A stretch of DNA of 35,111 bases from an uncultured bacterium (GTDB taxonomy: Bacteria; CAZDME01; JAYEMH01), in contig CAZDME010000006.1 in NCBI GenBank assembly GCA_964506785.1, positions 1 to 35,111 on the forward strand. The letters run 5' to 3'. Below, one piece after another: positions 16,604 through 26,084 of this stretch (within the stretch, counting starts at the first letter, position 1; each line of letters opens with the position of its first letter). A program made the translations under genes and the position numbers. The notes beneath the pieces are model-generated. The model was not told the origin of the DNA, made no database searches, and saw only the letters and a list, made by a program, of their open reading frames with translations.

Positions 16604-16651
16604 CCATTTGCCACCGGCCATGAGCTATGAGCCAATTCGAGCCATGAGCTA
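16604..16651. repeat. Heptamer array with AGCCAATTCGAGCCA core, overlapping the xseA stop
   Basis: GGCCATGAGCTATGAGCCAATTCGAGCCATGAGCTA. Confidence 0.85.
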
Positions 16652-17860
16652 ATTCTCTATTTCCGTAACTTTCGAAGTAAATTTCCCTCGGTGGACGATT
16701 ACTTCAACCAAATCATCTTTTTCCAAAATCCCTGCGTCTCTTATCGCATTTCTTTTTGGCAATTTTAAAGCCAGGCTATAACCGCGGCTTAAGACCCCCA
16801 ACGGGCTTAAGGTTTCAAGCTTCCCTGAAAAAAAACAAAGTTTCTCCCCTACTGTCTCCAGTGTATAAGAAGCCGCCCTTTTCATCCTCTCCAAAAAGTC
16901 ATCCAGCCGCTGGCTGTATTGATTGATTAAATCCTGGGCGATGCGAAAGGCATAACTGCTTTTCGCTGTCTCCAGCCGGTTCGCCATTTCCTCTATTTTA
17001 TTTCTGGCTGAATTTGTCAGCCGATGGATTAAATATTTAATTTGATTTTCAAATTCCTCCCGGCGGCCAATAACCAGTTCTGCCGCGTGAGAAGGAGTCG
17101 CCGCGCGCATATCGGCGGTAAAATCAGAAATCGTATAATCGATTTCATGCCCAACCGCAGAAATTACCGGGATTCGGGACTTATAGATACTCCGGGCAAC
17201 AACCTCTTCATTAAATGCCCAGAGGTCTTCAGCCGAACCGCCGCCCCGGCCGGCAATAATCACATCCACCGTCCCTAATTTATTAAACTCATCTATCGCT
17301 TCGGCTATCTCTTTTGCCGCCTCCTTACCCTGAACACGGACCGGGTTTAAAACGATATGGACATGGGCATAACGGCGGTTGATTACATGGATGATATCGC
17401 GGATGGCCGCGCCGGTCGAAGAAGTTACCACCCCGATTGCCCGGGGTAGAAAGGGAACCGGTTTTTTATGCTTCTCATCGAATAAGCCTTCTTTTTCCAG
17501 CCGTTTTTTTAACTGTTCGAAGGCTAATTGTAGCGCCCCCAAACCTTTGGGTTCGATTTCAACGGCTGAGATTTGATAATCCCCCCTTCGTTCATATACC
17601 GTCAGTCCTCCGTAGATAACCACCTGTAAGCCGTCTTCCAATTTAAACTTTACATGCTGGTTTAAATGGCGAAACATTACCGCCTTTAGCTCGGCGTTCT
17701 CGTCTTTTAAAGTAAAATAAAGATGTCCGGATGCAGGCCTCCGTAAATTAGAAATCTCCCCTTCTACCCAGATGGCGGTAAAATTGACCTCAAGTAGTTG
17801 CTTCACCTGGGAGGTAAGTTCCGATACGCTATAGATTTTTCTATCTTCTTCTGGAAACAA
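16649..17860 (-). CDS. xseA: Exodeoxyribonuclease VII large subunit
   Basis: VEGEISN, SGHLYFTLKD, GAAIRD, GRGGGSAEDLWAFNEE, SAVGHEID, ATPS, RGYS. Confidence 0.97.
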   Translation of the reverse strand: MFPEEDRKIYSVSELTSQVKQLLEVNFTAIWVEGEISNLRRPASGHLYFTLKDENAELKAVMFRHLNQHVKFKLEDGLQVVIYGGLTVYERRGDYQISAVEIEPKGLGALQLAFEQLKKRLEKEGLFDEKHKKPVPFLPRAIGVVTSSTGAAIRDIIHVINRRYAHVHIVLNPVRVQGKEAAKEIAEAIDEFNKLGTVDVIIAGRGGGSAEDLWAFNEEVVARSIYKSRIPVISAVGHEIDYTISDFTADMRAATPSHAAELVIGRREEFENQIKYLIHRLTNSARNKIEEMANRLETAKSSYAFRIAQDLINQYSQRLDDFLERMKRAASYTLETVGEKLCFFSGKLETLSPLGVLSRGYSLALKLPKRNAIRDAGILEKDDLVEVIVHRGKFTSKVTEIEN

Positions 17861-17881
17861 TATTTTTAATCATCCGTTTAC

Positions 17882-18033
17882 CGAGAGCCATGAGCCGCTT
17901 TGGCTCTTAGCTCTTCGCTTTTTTACATTTCACCTAACACATTACACAATTACTATAAGCCACTTTTGCATTCCACATTACACATCTCACATTACACTTT
18001 ACACAATTTTATCACACATTACACAATTACTAT
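17882..18033. repeat. Composite intergenic repeat (GAGCCAT and GCTCTTA heptamers plus the 51-bp TTACACA module)
   Basis: TTTGGCTCTTAGCTCTTCGCT at 17899-17919; the 51-bp module at 17983-18033 includes the folD stop. Confidence 0.85.
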
Positions 18034-18884
18034 GCGCCATTCGCCATTCTCGCCGCCTTCAAGGTATTTTTCATCAACATAGCAATGGTCATTGGCCCGA
18101 CGCCGCCGGGGACAGGTGTAATCATCCCGGCCTTTTCTTTAGCAGAATCAAAATCTACGTCTCCGCAAAGTTTTCCTTCAAGGCGGTTCACCCCGACGTC
18201 AATAACAACTGCTCCTGGTTTAATCATCTCCCCGGTGATAAATTTCGGCCGCCCAATGGCCACCACCAGAATATCCGCTTGGCGGGTTACCCCGGCCAAA
18301 TTAACTGTTTTGGAGTGGCAAATAGTTACCGTGGCGTGATTATGAAGCAGGAGAAATGACAGCGGCCTGCCGACAGTAATGCTTCTTCCTACGACCACTG
18401 CCCTTTTTCCCGGTATTTCGATTTTTTCTCTTTTTAGCAATTCGATAATTCCTTGAGGCGTACAGGGGACAAAGCCGTCCCTTCCTAAAACTAAATTTCC
18501 CAAACTCATTGGAAGAAATCCGTCGACATCCTTATCCGGATGGACGGCATTTATAATCTTCTCTTGATTTATCTGTTTGGGCAGCGGCAGCTGAACCAGA
18601 ACCCCATGAATTTTTTTATCGTGATTAAGCCTTTTTACCAAATCTAAAACTTCTTCGGTTGGGCTATTCTCATTCAACTGGTGTTTCTCGGAGTAAAACC
18701 CCAGCCTCTTGCAGGCCTTTTCCTTATAGCTGACATAAATTTCTGAAGCCGGATTCTGCCCCACCAAAACTACTGCCAGCCCCGGGGTAATCCTTTTTTC
18801 CGTTTTAAGTAATTCTGCCTCTTTCTTTATTTCATCTTGAATCTGATTAGCTATCTCTTTTCCGTCAATCAATTTAGCGCTCAT
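18030..18884 (-). CDS. folD: Bifunctional methylenetetrahydrofolate dehydrogenase/cyclohydrolase
   Basis: LIDGK, YVSYK, QLPLP, KDVDGF, PCTP, GRSITVGRP, TPVPGGVGPMT. Confidence 0.97.
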   Translation of the reverse strand: MSAKLIDGKEIANQIQDEIKKEAELLKTEKRITPGLAVVLVGQNPASEIYVSYKEKACKRLGFYSEKHQLNENSPTEEVLDLVKRLNHDKKIHGVLVQLPLPKQINQEKIINAVHPDKDVDGFLPMSLGNLVLGRDGFVPCTPQGIIELLKREKIEIPGKRAVVVGRSITVGRPLSFLLLHNHATVTICHSKTVNLAGVTRQADILVVAIGRPKFITGEMIKPGAVVIDVGVNRLEGKLCGDVDFDSAKEKAGMITPVPGGVGPMTIAMLMKNTLKAARMANGA

Positions 18885-19663
18885 TTTTTCTCCCAGGGAA
18901 GGTTAATTCTTTCTATCGTGGTAGCCTTTCCGCTCTTTAATTCGACCACTACCCCGGAAAGCCAGATATCTTCATGGGCAACTTCGAACCGGGTCGGCAT
19001 ACCGGTCAGAAACCTCTGGAGGATTAATTCGCTTCTCACCCCGATAACAGAATTACGGGGGCCGGTCATTCCCACATCGGTAATGTAGGCAGTGCCCCCG
19101 GGCAGAATCTGTTCGTCAGCCGTTTGGACGTGGGTATGCGTGCCGAGAATCGCTCCTACTTTACCGTCGAGAAAACGCGCCAGGGCATTTTTTTCCGAGG
19201 TTGCCTCCGCATGTATATCGATAATAGTATTTTCCGTAAATTCTTTTAATTTATCTATCTCCCTTTCCGCCGTCCGGAAAGGACATTCTATCCTCGCCAT
19301 AAATACCCGCCCCTCTAAATTAAGCACCCCTAAGTTTTCTCCCTTTTTGGTTTTAAATATCCCTGAACCCAGGCCGGGTACGCCCGGGGCGTAATTGGCG
19401 GGGCGCAGCAGCCGTTTTTCTCTTTCGATGAACTCGATTATCTCCTTTTTATCCCAGATGTGATTGCCTGAAGTCAAAATATCTATGCCCATGGAAAACA
19501 ATTCTTCGGCAATTCTTGGCGTTAGTCCGAATCCGCCGGCCGCATTTTCCGCATTCGCTATGGTTAAATCGACTTTATATTCTTTTTTTAATTTAGGCAG
19601 AATTTCTCCAGTAGCTTGCCGCCCCGGCCTGCCGATTATATCGCCGATAAATAATACCTTCAT
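18881..19663 (-). CDS. ymdB: YmdB-family metallophosphoesterase (TIGR00282-type)
   Basis: GDIIGRPG, NAENAAGG, TSGNH, DIHAEATSEK, GTHTHV, DVGMTG; canonical position after rny. Confidence 0.92.
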   Translation of the reverse strand: MKVLFIGDIIGRPGRQATGEILPKLKKEYKVDLTIANAENAAGGFGLTPRIAEELFSMGIDILTSGNHIWDKKEIIEFIEREKRLLRPANYAPGVPGLGSGIFKTKKGENLGVLNLEGRVFMARIECPFRTAEREIDKLKEFTENTIIDIHAEATSEKNALARFLDGKVGAILGTHTHVQTADEQILPGGTAYITDVGMTGPRNSVIGVRSELILQRFLTGMPTRFEVAHEDIWLSGVVVELKSGKATTIERINLPWEKK

Positions 19664-19680
19664 CCGGCCTTTCTCCTATT

Positions 19681-19909
19681 TTTTACATTACACATTTCAC
19701 ATTACACTTTACACAATTTTATAACGCATTACGCAATTACTATCAGCCTTTTTGGCTCTTAGCTTTTCGCTCATAGCTCTTAGGAAAAGTATTTATTTCT
19801 ACCATGAGCCGTTTACCCCGTAGCATCCCGAAGGGATTGGTATCGGGGTCAGCCATGAGCTATCAGCTATCAGCTATGAGCCATGAGCTACAAGCCAATT
19901 CGAGCCATC
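19681..19909. repeat. Largest composite repeat locus: 51-bp module, 33-bp module, 34-bp hairpin, heptamer array and core
   Basis: 51-bp module at 19693-19743; 33-bp module at 19751-19783; 34-bp hairpin at 19816-19849; CAGCTAT/GAGCCAT array; core at 19893-19907. Confidence 0.88.
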
Positions 19910-21493
19910 CTATTTCGCATATTCCACTGCCCGGGTTTCTCTGATAACCGTAACTTTAATCTGCCCCGGATAATCCAGGCTTTCTTCGATTTTTTTGCTG
20001 ATTTCGCGGGAAAGCTGGGCCGATTCGATATCGCTGATTCTATCCGGTTCGACGATTACCCTGATTTCTCTCCCGGCTTGAATGGCATAACATTTAGCCA
20101 CGCCTTTGAATGATTTAGCAATACCTTCCAATTTTTCCAGCCTTTTGATATAGGCCTCCAAGGTTTCTCTCCGCGCCCCGGGCCGCGCCGCAGAAATAGC
20201 GTCGGCCGCTTGAATCAAAACGGCTAAAACCGTCCCGGCTTCTTGTTCTTCGTGATGGCTGGCAATGGCGTGGACAATTTCCGGCGCCTCGTTATATTTC
20301 CGGGCAATATCCGCGCTAATTTGGGCATGGGTTCCTTCTACTTCGCGGTCAATAGCTTTGCCAATATCATGAAGGAGCCCGGCTCTCTTGGCTGATGCAA
20401 CATTTTCGTTTATCTCTGCCGCCAGGACACCGGCTAAAAAAGCCACTTCCTTAGAATGGTGCAGGACATTCTGTCCGTAGCTGGAGCGGTATTTGAGCCG
20501 GCCTAAAAGTCTAATTTCCTCTGGATGTAAATTCTGGACCCCCATTTCAAACGCCGCCTGCTCTCCTTCATTTCGGATATTAACCTCTATTTCCTGTTTA
20601 ACCTTTTCTACTACCTCCTCGATACGGGCCGGATGGATTCTTCCGTCGACAACTAACCGCTCTAAGGTAATCTTGGCAATTTCCCTCCTGATGGGGTCGA
20701 AAGCGGAAAGAATTACCGCCTCCGGTGTATCGTCGATAATAACATCCACTCCGGTTACCTTTTCTAAGGCGCGGATATTCCGCCCTTCCCTCCCGATTAT
20801 TCGTCCTTTCATTTCATCGCTTGGCAAAGCAACCACCGAAACTGTCGTCTCGGCAACATGTTCCGAGGCGCAGCGCTGTATAGCCACACTAATAATCCCT
20901 TTGGCCTTTTTATCGGCCATGGCCTTTGTTTCTTCTTCCACTCTTTTTATCACCGTTGCTTTTTCCTGGGATAATTCATTTTCCAGACGCTGGAGAAGCA
21001 ATTTCCTGGCTTCCGCGGCGCTTAATCCCGATATTCGCTGGAGTTTTTCTTTTTCCTCTGAAAGAGCAATGGCAAGTTCTCTATTTCTGTCTTGAATAGC
21101 TTTTTCCTTATTTTGCAAAACGTTTTCCCGGTCAGAAACATCCTTTTCCTTTTTCTCCAAAATGTCGACTTTCCGGTCTAAATTTTCTTCCCGCTGTATC
21201 AAGCGTTTTTCCAATTGCAAAAGTTCGTTTCTCCGGGCTTGAGTCTGCCGTTCGAATTCAGTTCTTGACTGGTACAGCTCATCTTTCGCCTCAAGGCTGG
21301 CTTCCCGGCGTTTTGCTTCGGCTTCTTTTTCGGCATCCTTAATTATCTTTTGAGAAAGTTTCTCCGCCATACCCAGCCTTTTCTCCGCCAAAACCTTTCT
21401 CAACCGGTAGCCGCAAAAAAGCCCGAATAAAACTGCCAGGGGAATACCTGCCCCGAGAATAACGCCTGTATTCGTAAAAAATCGATTAATCAC
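19910..21493 (-). CDS. rny: Ribonuclease Y
   Basis: N-terminal TM, coiled coil, KH motif [16 protein letters not shown] motif [22 protein letters not shown] start with SD GAGGAGG. Confidence 0.97.
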   Translation of the reverse strand: MINRFFTNTGVILGAGIPLAVLFGLFCGYRLRKVLAEKRLGMAEKLSQKIIKDAEKEAEAKRREASLEAKDELYQSRTEFERQTQARRNELLQLEKRLIQREENLDRKVDILEKKEKDVSDRENVLQNKEKAIQDRNRELAIALSEEKEKLQRISGLSAAEARKLLLQRLENELSQEKATVIKRVEEETKAMADKKAKGIISVAIQRCASEHVAETTVSVVALPSDEMKGRIIGREGRNIRALEKVTGVDVIIDDTPEAVILSAFDPIRREIAKITLERLVVDGRIHPARIEEVVEKVKQEIEVNIRNEGEQAAFEMGVQNLHPEEIRLLGRLKYRSSYGQNVLHHSKEVAFLAGVLAAEINENVASAKRAGLLHDIGKAIDREVEGTHAQISADIARKYNEAPEIVHAIASHHEEQEAGTVLAVLIQAADAISAARPGARRETLEAYIKRLEKLEGIAKSFKGVAKCYAIQAGREIRVIVEPDRISDIESAQLSREISKKIEESLDYPGQIKVTVIRETRAVEYAK

Positions 21494-21550
21494 TTGATTC
21501 TCGCCTCCTCTTCAACATATGTTGACAATATCTCGTCTCATGATTATTTT

Positions 21551-22165
21551 CTATTCTTCGCCTTCAACAATCCGCTTTTCGATAATTCTCTCTTCAGTGA
21601 CAACTTTGTCTAAAACCTGGTCATGCTTGAGGCTTGGAATCCTTTTGACAATTTGTAACTCAAAGGCTATTCCGACCTTTTGAGTTTTTCTGGATAGTTT
21701 TTCGAGAAATCTGTCAAAATATCCCCGGCCATATCCCAAACGGTTCCTTTTTAAATCAAATGCCACTCCCGGCAGAATCACTAAATCTATCTCGTTAAGA
21801 GGCACTTGCCGCACCGCATCATCGTTTGGCTCCTTTATTCCGAATGCCCCTTTTTGTAAATCTCTGCCGATGTCTAAAAGCTCTGAGGCAACTAATTCTT
21901 CTCCTTTCACTTTTGGCACAACTACCCTCTTCTTATCTTCCAGGCTTTCTTGAATCATCCCTTCGGTTTCCACCTCGCCGGATTTCGCCATGTAAAACAT
22001 AATTGTTTCTGCTTTTTTATATTCGCTCAGGCCAAAGAGTTTTTCTTTAATCAAACGGCTTTTCCGTTTAATCTCCCCGGGCGGTTGTCCTTCTCTTCTC
22101 TTAAGGCCCTGCAGGCGTAAACTCTCTTTTACTTTCTTCTTTTTCTGTTCGTCGCTTTCCGCCAT
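21551..22165 (-). CDS. 5-formyltetrahydrofolate cyclo-ligase
   Basis: GEVET, FGIKEP, LPGVAFD...RLGYGRGYFDRFL, HD...D..VTE. Confidence 0.93.
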   Translation of the reverse strand: MAESDEQKKKKVKESLRLQGLKRREGQPPGEIKRKSRLIKEKLFGLSEYKKAETIMFYMAKSGEVETEGMIQESLEDKKRVVVPKVKGEELVASELLDIGRDLQKGAFGIKEPNDDAVRQVPLNEIDLVILPGVAFDLKRNRLGYGRGYFDRFLEKLSRKTQKVGIAFELQIVKRIPSLKHDQVLDKVVTEERIIEKRIVEGEE

Positions 22166-22210
22166 GCCTTAGCTTCCCTTTTCAACCTTATTTCACACCC
22201 GGGGTAAAAA

Positions 22211-22371
22211 AAACCCTGCCTTTGCCGTGGAAAAAAATATTATTGAACCTGCGCTATTACAGGTGGGTGCCCTCTTAGATGTTTCAAACTTTGCACCTAA
22301 AGTCAGGCTCCCAGTTGATTGGTGTTGGTTCAACTACCTATCTTTTTCTCACGTACAAGGCAGGGGATTTC
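22211..22371 (-). ncRNA. ssrS: 6S RNA
   Basis: Canonical zapA-ssrS-5-FTHF cyclo-ligase synteny; long terminal stem (CCCTGCCTT/AAGGCAGGG) and internal pairing (TTGAACC/GGTTCAA) around a central bubble; followed by a U-tract. Confidence 0.88.
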
Positions 22372-22378
22372 ACCTTCG

Positions 22379-22406
22379 ATTATATCACAGCAAAAACATT
22401 TAGCAA
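22379..22406 (-). promoter_or_regulatory. sigma70-type promoter of 6S RNA
   Basis: TTGCTA-N16-TATAAT with an extended -10 (TGn). Confidence 0.7.
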
Positions 22407-22408
22407 GT

Positions 22409-22702
22409 TTATTTATGCGCTTCAATCAGCCGGATTAAATTTTGGACCCTTTCTTTAATCGCCAAACGGTCTGCTTTGCCTTTTTCCCGGGATTGGTGCA
22501 GTTCATCGGCGACATTCAAAGCGGCCAAAATGGCAATCTTATTGGTCGAACTCAACTGGGTATTGCTGGCGACTTCCTGCATTTTTTTATCGAGAAAAAC
22601 TGCCAGCATTTTTATGTAATCGGGGTCCTTTACCCCTTTAATCCGGTATTCCTCGCCAAAAATTTTTACCGTTACCGCGGGCCATTTTTCCTTCATAATC
22701 AT
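22409..22702 (-). CDS. zapA: Cell division protein ZapA
   Basis: VTVKIFGEEYRI, LDKKMQEV, AILAALNVADEL; synteny after pheT. Confidence 0.9.
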   Translation of the reverse strand: MIMKEKWPAVTVKIFGEEYRIKGVKDPDYIKMLAVFLDKKMQEVASNTQLSSTNKIAILAALNVADELHQSREKGKADRLAIKERVQNLIRLIEAHK

Positions 22703-22720
22703 CTGCCTTGTCGTTAAGAT

Positions 22721-24829
22721 TTATCCTCCTCTTATTTTAACCTTTAAGTTGTTTTCGAGTAAAGTTGAAATCTTGCTGTGCACCTCATTAACCTCGTCAT
22801 CGGTTAAAGTTTTTACCAATGAACGATAGGTTAATCTATAGCCTAAACTCCTGAAACCGCCGGGTATCTGTTTCCCCTGATAAACATCGAACAAATCTAT
22901 TTTTTTAATTAAGTCTCCTCCCTCTTTCCATATTTGGCTGGTTATTTCATCTGAGGTTGCCTCAATTGGGACTAAAAGCGATAAATCTCTGGTAATAGCC
23001 GGGAATTTCGGAAGCTTCCTGAAGTGTTTAGTTAAATCTACCCAGGGTAAAATTTCATCCAGAATTATTTCGGCGGCAAAGATTTTTCCTTTAAGGCCCA
23101 ACTTTTCAGAAACCTCCGGACTAACCTCTCCCCATGAACCTATCTTTTTCCCGTTTTTAATCAGCCGGGCAGAATTATTTGGATGAAAAGAGGGCAGCCC
23201 CCCTTTAATCTCTTTAAAAGAAGAAATACCTAAGGTATTCAACAGCGCTTCTATCATTCCCTTGAGGCTGAATAAATCAAGAGCGGAATTTCTTATCCCT
23301 GATGGCTTGCTGTATGCTTCGGCTAAAACAAAGGCAATTGCTGTTTTTTCGATAAACCCCGTATCAATCCCCTTTTTATTCTCATCTTTTTCTTCCGGAA
23401 CGTCCAGGGTGGCTGAAAAAAAGACCTTGGCAATTTCGAAAATTTTTACTTCCTCAAGCTGGCGGTTAAAATTCCAGACAGTATTATTGAGCAGGCTGGC
23501 CAGCAATGTCGGCCGCATAATATCCTGGCCCTGACTTATCGGGTTTTTAATCCTTACGAATTTCTTTCCAAAAACCTTTTCGTCTAAATTAAGGGCACTC
23601 AAGCTATCCAGGCTGACAAAGCTGAAATTGACCGCTTCCTGCAGGCCGAATTTTAACAAGGCATCGAAACTGACTTTTTTTGCCTCATCTTCTAATCTTT
23701 TTGGGTAGGGGCTAAAGGCCGCCCGGGGCAGGCTTCCTTCGATTTTATCAAAACCGTAATGCCGGGCAACCTCTTCGACCAGGTCAACCTCTCTTTCGAT
23801 ATCACCCCTGAAGCTGGGCACCAGGACATCGATTTTATTCCTTGTGCTTTTTTTAATTTTAAACTCCAAACCCTTAAGGATTCCCTTTATCTGAGCCAGG
23901 GTTAATTCGGTCCCCAAAAGGCCGTTTACCGTTTCTAAATTTAACCCGATGGCTCTCGGGGGGATTTTCTTTTTATAAATATCGATTATCCCCTGGCAAA
24001 TTTCTCCCCCGGCCAACTCGGTAATTAAAGCCGATGCCCGATTAAGCGCCGGAATCAAGCCTTTCGGGTCGGTTCCTCTTTCGAAGCGGTAAGAGGCCTC
24101 GGTCATGAGTCCCAATTTTTTTCCGGAACGGCGGATAGAACTTTTATCGAAATAGGCGCTTTCTACGGCTACATTTTTTGTCGAACTCGTTACCTCGGAG
24201 AGATTCCCGCCCATTATCCCGGCAATTGCTTGAGGTTTTTCTCCGTCGGCAATGACCAATATATCCGTCTCCAGTTCCCGTTCGACTAAATCGATGGTAG
24301 TAATCTTCTCGCCTTTTTTCGCCCGGCGGATAATTAATCCCTTTTTGGCTAAAGTATCGGCGTCGAAGGCATGTAAAGGATGCCCTAGCTCCATCATCAC
24401 GAAGTTGGTCGCGTCAACGATATTATTGATTGAACGCAGCCCCATCTTTTCCAAACGTAATTTCAACCAGGCCGGGCTTGAGCCAACCTTAATATTCCTG
24501 ATAAACCGGGCCGTATAACGGGGGCAAAGTTTAGTCTCTTGAACCTGGACCTTGAGAAAATCCTGAATCTTAGCTTGCCCTTGATTAATTTTAAAACTGG
24601 GGTACTTTACTCTTTTTTTGAGTCTGGCGCCGATTTCTCTGGCAATACCGGTCATATTGGCGCAATCCGGACGATTGGAAGTAAGCTCTAATTCAAAAAT
24701 CAAATCACCATCCGGGGCGGCCTGATAGTTTTCTACTTCGATACCCAGCATCGTCAGAAGTTCAGCCAGCTTCTCTCCGGAAAGATTGATATCGATATAT
24801 TCTTTTAACCACTGATAGGAAAATCTCAT
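22721..24829 (-). CDS. pheT: Phenylalanine--tRNA ligase beta subunit (short form without the B2 OB-fold)
   Basis: MRFSYQWL, TSNRPDC, NNIVDATNFVM, RFERG, FRGDI..EVDLVEEVAR, RDLS, FDVYQG. Confidence 0.96.
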   Translation of the reverse strand: MRFSYQWLKEYIDINLSGEKLAELLTMLGIEVENYQAAPDGDLIFELELTSNRPDCANMTGIAREIGARLKKRVKYPSFKINQGQAKIQDFLKVQVQETKLCPRYTARFIRNIKVGSSPAWLKLRLEKMGLRSINNIVDATNFVMMELGHPLHAFDADTLAKKGLIIRRAKKGEKITTIDLVERELETDILVIADGEKPQAIAGIMGGNLSEVTSSTKNVAVESAYFDKSSIRRSGKKLGLMTEASYRFERGTDPKGLIPALNRASALITELAGGEICQGIIDIYKKKIPPRAIGLNLETVNGLLGTELTLAQIKGILKGLEFKIKKSTRNKIDVLVPSFRGDIEREVDLVEEVARHYGFDKIEGSLPRAAFSPYPKRLEDEAKKVSFDALLKFGLQEAVNFSFVSLDSLSALNLDEKVFGKKFVRIKNPISQGQDIMRPTLLASLLNNTVWNFNRQLEEVKIFEIAKVFFSATLDVPEEKDENKKGIDTGFIEKTAIAFVLAEAYSKPSGIRNSALDLFSLKGMIEALLNTLGISSFKEIKGGLPSFHPNNSARLIKNGKKIGSWGEVSPEVSEKLGLKGKIFAAEIILDEILPWVDLTKHFRKLPKFPAITRDLSLLVPIEATSDEITSQIWKEGGDLIKKIDLFDVYQGKQIPGGFRSLGYRLTYRSLVKTLTDDEVNEVHSKISTLLENNLKVKIRGG

Positions 24830-24852
24830 CTGTTTCTTTCTCCAAAAAGCGC

Positions 24853-25003
24853 TTTGGCTCTTAGCTTTTCGCTCATAGCTCTTAGTTTTTTAGCCATAAG
24901 CTACCTGCCCCGTAGCATCCCGAAGGGATTGGTATCGGGGTCAGCCATGAGCCGATTCGAGCCACCTGCCCTGAGCAAAGCCGAAGGGTCAGCCAACAGC
25001 TAT
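24853..25003. repeat. Composite repeat: 33-bp module, 34-bp hairpin, core and a 24-bp REP-like element
   Basis: 33-bp module at 24853-24885 identical to 19751-19783; hairpin at 24908-24941; core at 24950-24964 (one mismatch); CCTGCCCTGAGCAAAGCCGAAGGG at 24965-24988. Confidence 0.88.
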
Positions 25004-26020
25004 CTAGAACTGCCTCAAGAATCTTAAATCATTTTCAAAAAACAACCGGATATCATCAATGCCGTATTTGAGCATGGCGATGCGTTCGATGCCCATACCA
25101 AAGGCATAACCGCTCACTTTTTCCGGGTCATATCCAACTGTTTTCAAAACAAATGGGTCAATCATCCCCGAGCCTAAAATTTCCAACCACCCTTTCTTCC
25201 GGCAGACGGGACATCCTTTCCCCTGGCAAATCACACAGCTTATATCTATCTCGGCGCTCGGTTCGGTAAAGGGAAAGAAGCTCGGGCGGAAACGCAATTT
25301 TGTCTTCCTGCCGAAAAAAGATTGGACGAATACTTCCAATACCCCTTTTAAATGGGCAAAGGTAATGCCCTTATCTACCTGGAAAACCTCCATTTGATGA
25401 AACATCGGGGTATGAGAAGCATCGGTGGCGTCCCGGCGGAAACACCTCCCCGCCGAAACAATCCTGACCGGCGGTTTGAATTTTTCCATAACTCTAATCT
25501 GCACCGGAGAGGTCTGAGTCCGGAGGATGGTCTTTTCTGCCAGGTAAAATGAATCCTGGGTATCTCTAACCGGATGATCCGGAGGCGTATTCAAGGCTTC
25601 AAAGTTATAATATTCAGTTTCAATCTCCGGCCCTTCCGCTAAGAAAAAACCCATCTTTAAAAAAATATCGATTATTTCGTTTGAAAGCTGGGTAATCGGA
25701 TGGATTGTGCCCATTTGCGGCCGGCGGCCGGGGAGAGTAATATCCTCTCCTTGGCTTAAATCTATTTTTCTTTCCCGCTTCCGGATTAAATTTAACTTCC
25801 GGCTGAAAGATTCTTCGAGGCTTTCCTTGATGCTATTCGCCATTTTCCCGATTAGCGGACGTTCTTCGGGACTAACATCCTTTAAATTTCTAAGAAGCTG
25901 GGTCAAAGGGCCTTTCCTCCCCAGATATTTAACCCGCAGTTTTTCCAATTCCTCGATACTCGAGGCCTTTTCTAAACCCTCTACCGCTTCTTTTTTTATA
26001 TTCTCTAATTTTTCTTTCAT
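25004..26020 (-). CDS. pheS: Phenylalanine--tRNA ligase alpha subunit
   Basis: HPI, NFEALN, LRTQTSPVQ, FHQME, FFPFTEPS, GYAFGMGIERIAM. Confidence 0.97.
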   Translation of the reverse strand: MKEKLENIKKEAVEGLEKASSIEELEKLRVKYLGRKGPLTQLLRNLKDVSPEERPLIGKMANSIKESLEESFSRKLNLIRKRERKIDLSQGEDITLPGRRPQMGTIHPITQLSNEIIDIFLKMGFFLAEGPEIETEYYNFEALNTPPDHPVRDTQDSFYLAEKTILRTQTSPVQIRVMEKFKPPVRIVSAGRCFRRDATDASHTPMFHQMEVFQVDKGITFAHLKGVLEVFVQSFFGRKTKLRFRPSFFPFTEPSAEIDISCVICQGKGCPVCRKKGWLEILGSGMIDPFVLKTVGYDPEKVSGYAFGMGIERIAMLKYGIDDIRLFFENDLRFLRQF

Positions 26021-26031
26021 TTTTTTCTTTT

Positions 26032-26081
26032 GCTATGAGCCATTCGCCATGAGCCAAGAGCCATGAGCCAATTCGAGCCAA
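26032..26081. repeat. Heptamer array with core, downstream of the ktrA stop
   Basis: GCTATGAGCCATTCGCCATGAGCCAAGAGCCATGAGCCAATTCGAGCCA. Confidence 0.85.
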
Positions 26082-26084
26082 GAC

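Noticed and set aside
17900-18082. 60-aa plus-strand ORF rich in H/T/L (LHSTLHISHYTLHNF)
   Set aside because: It is the translation of the 7-nt periodic repeat, has no RBS, and overlaps folD in antisense.
20493-21095. 200-aa plus-strand ORF, and the other plus-strand ORFs in the track
   Set aside because: They are antisense shadows of well-supported minus-strand genes and have no recognisable motifs.
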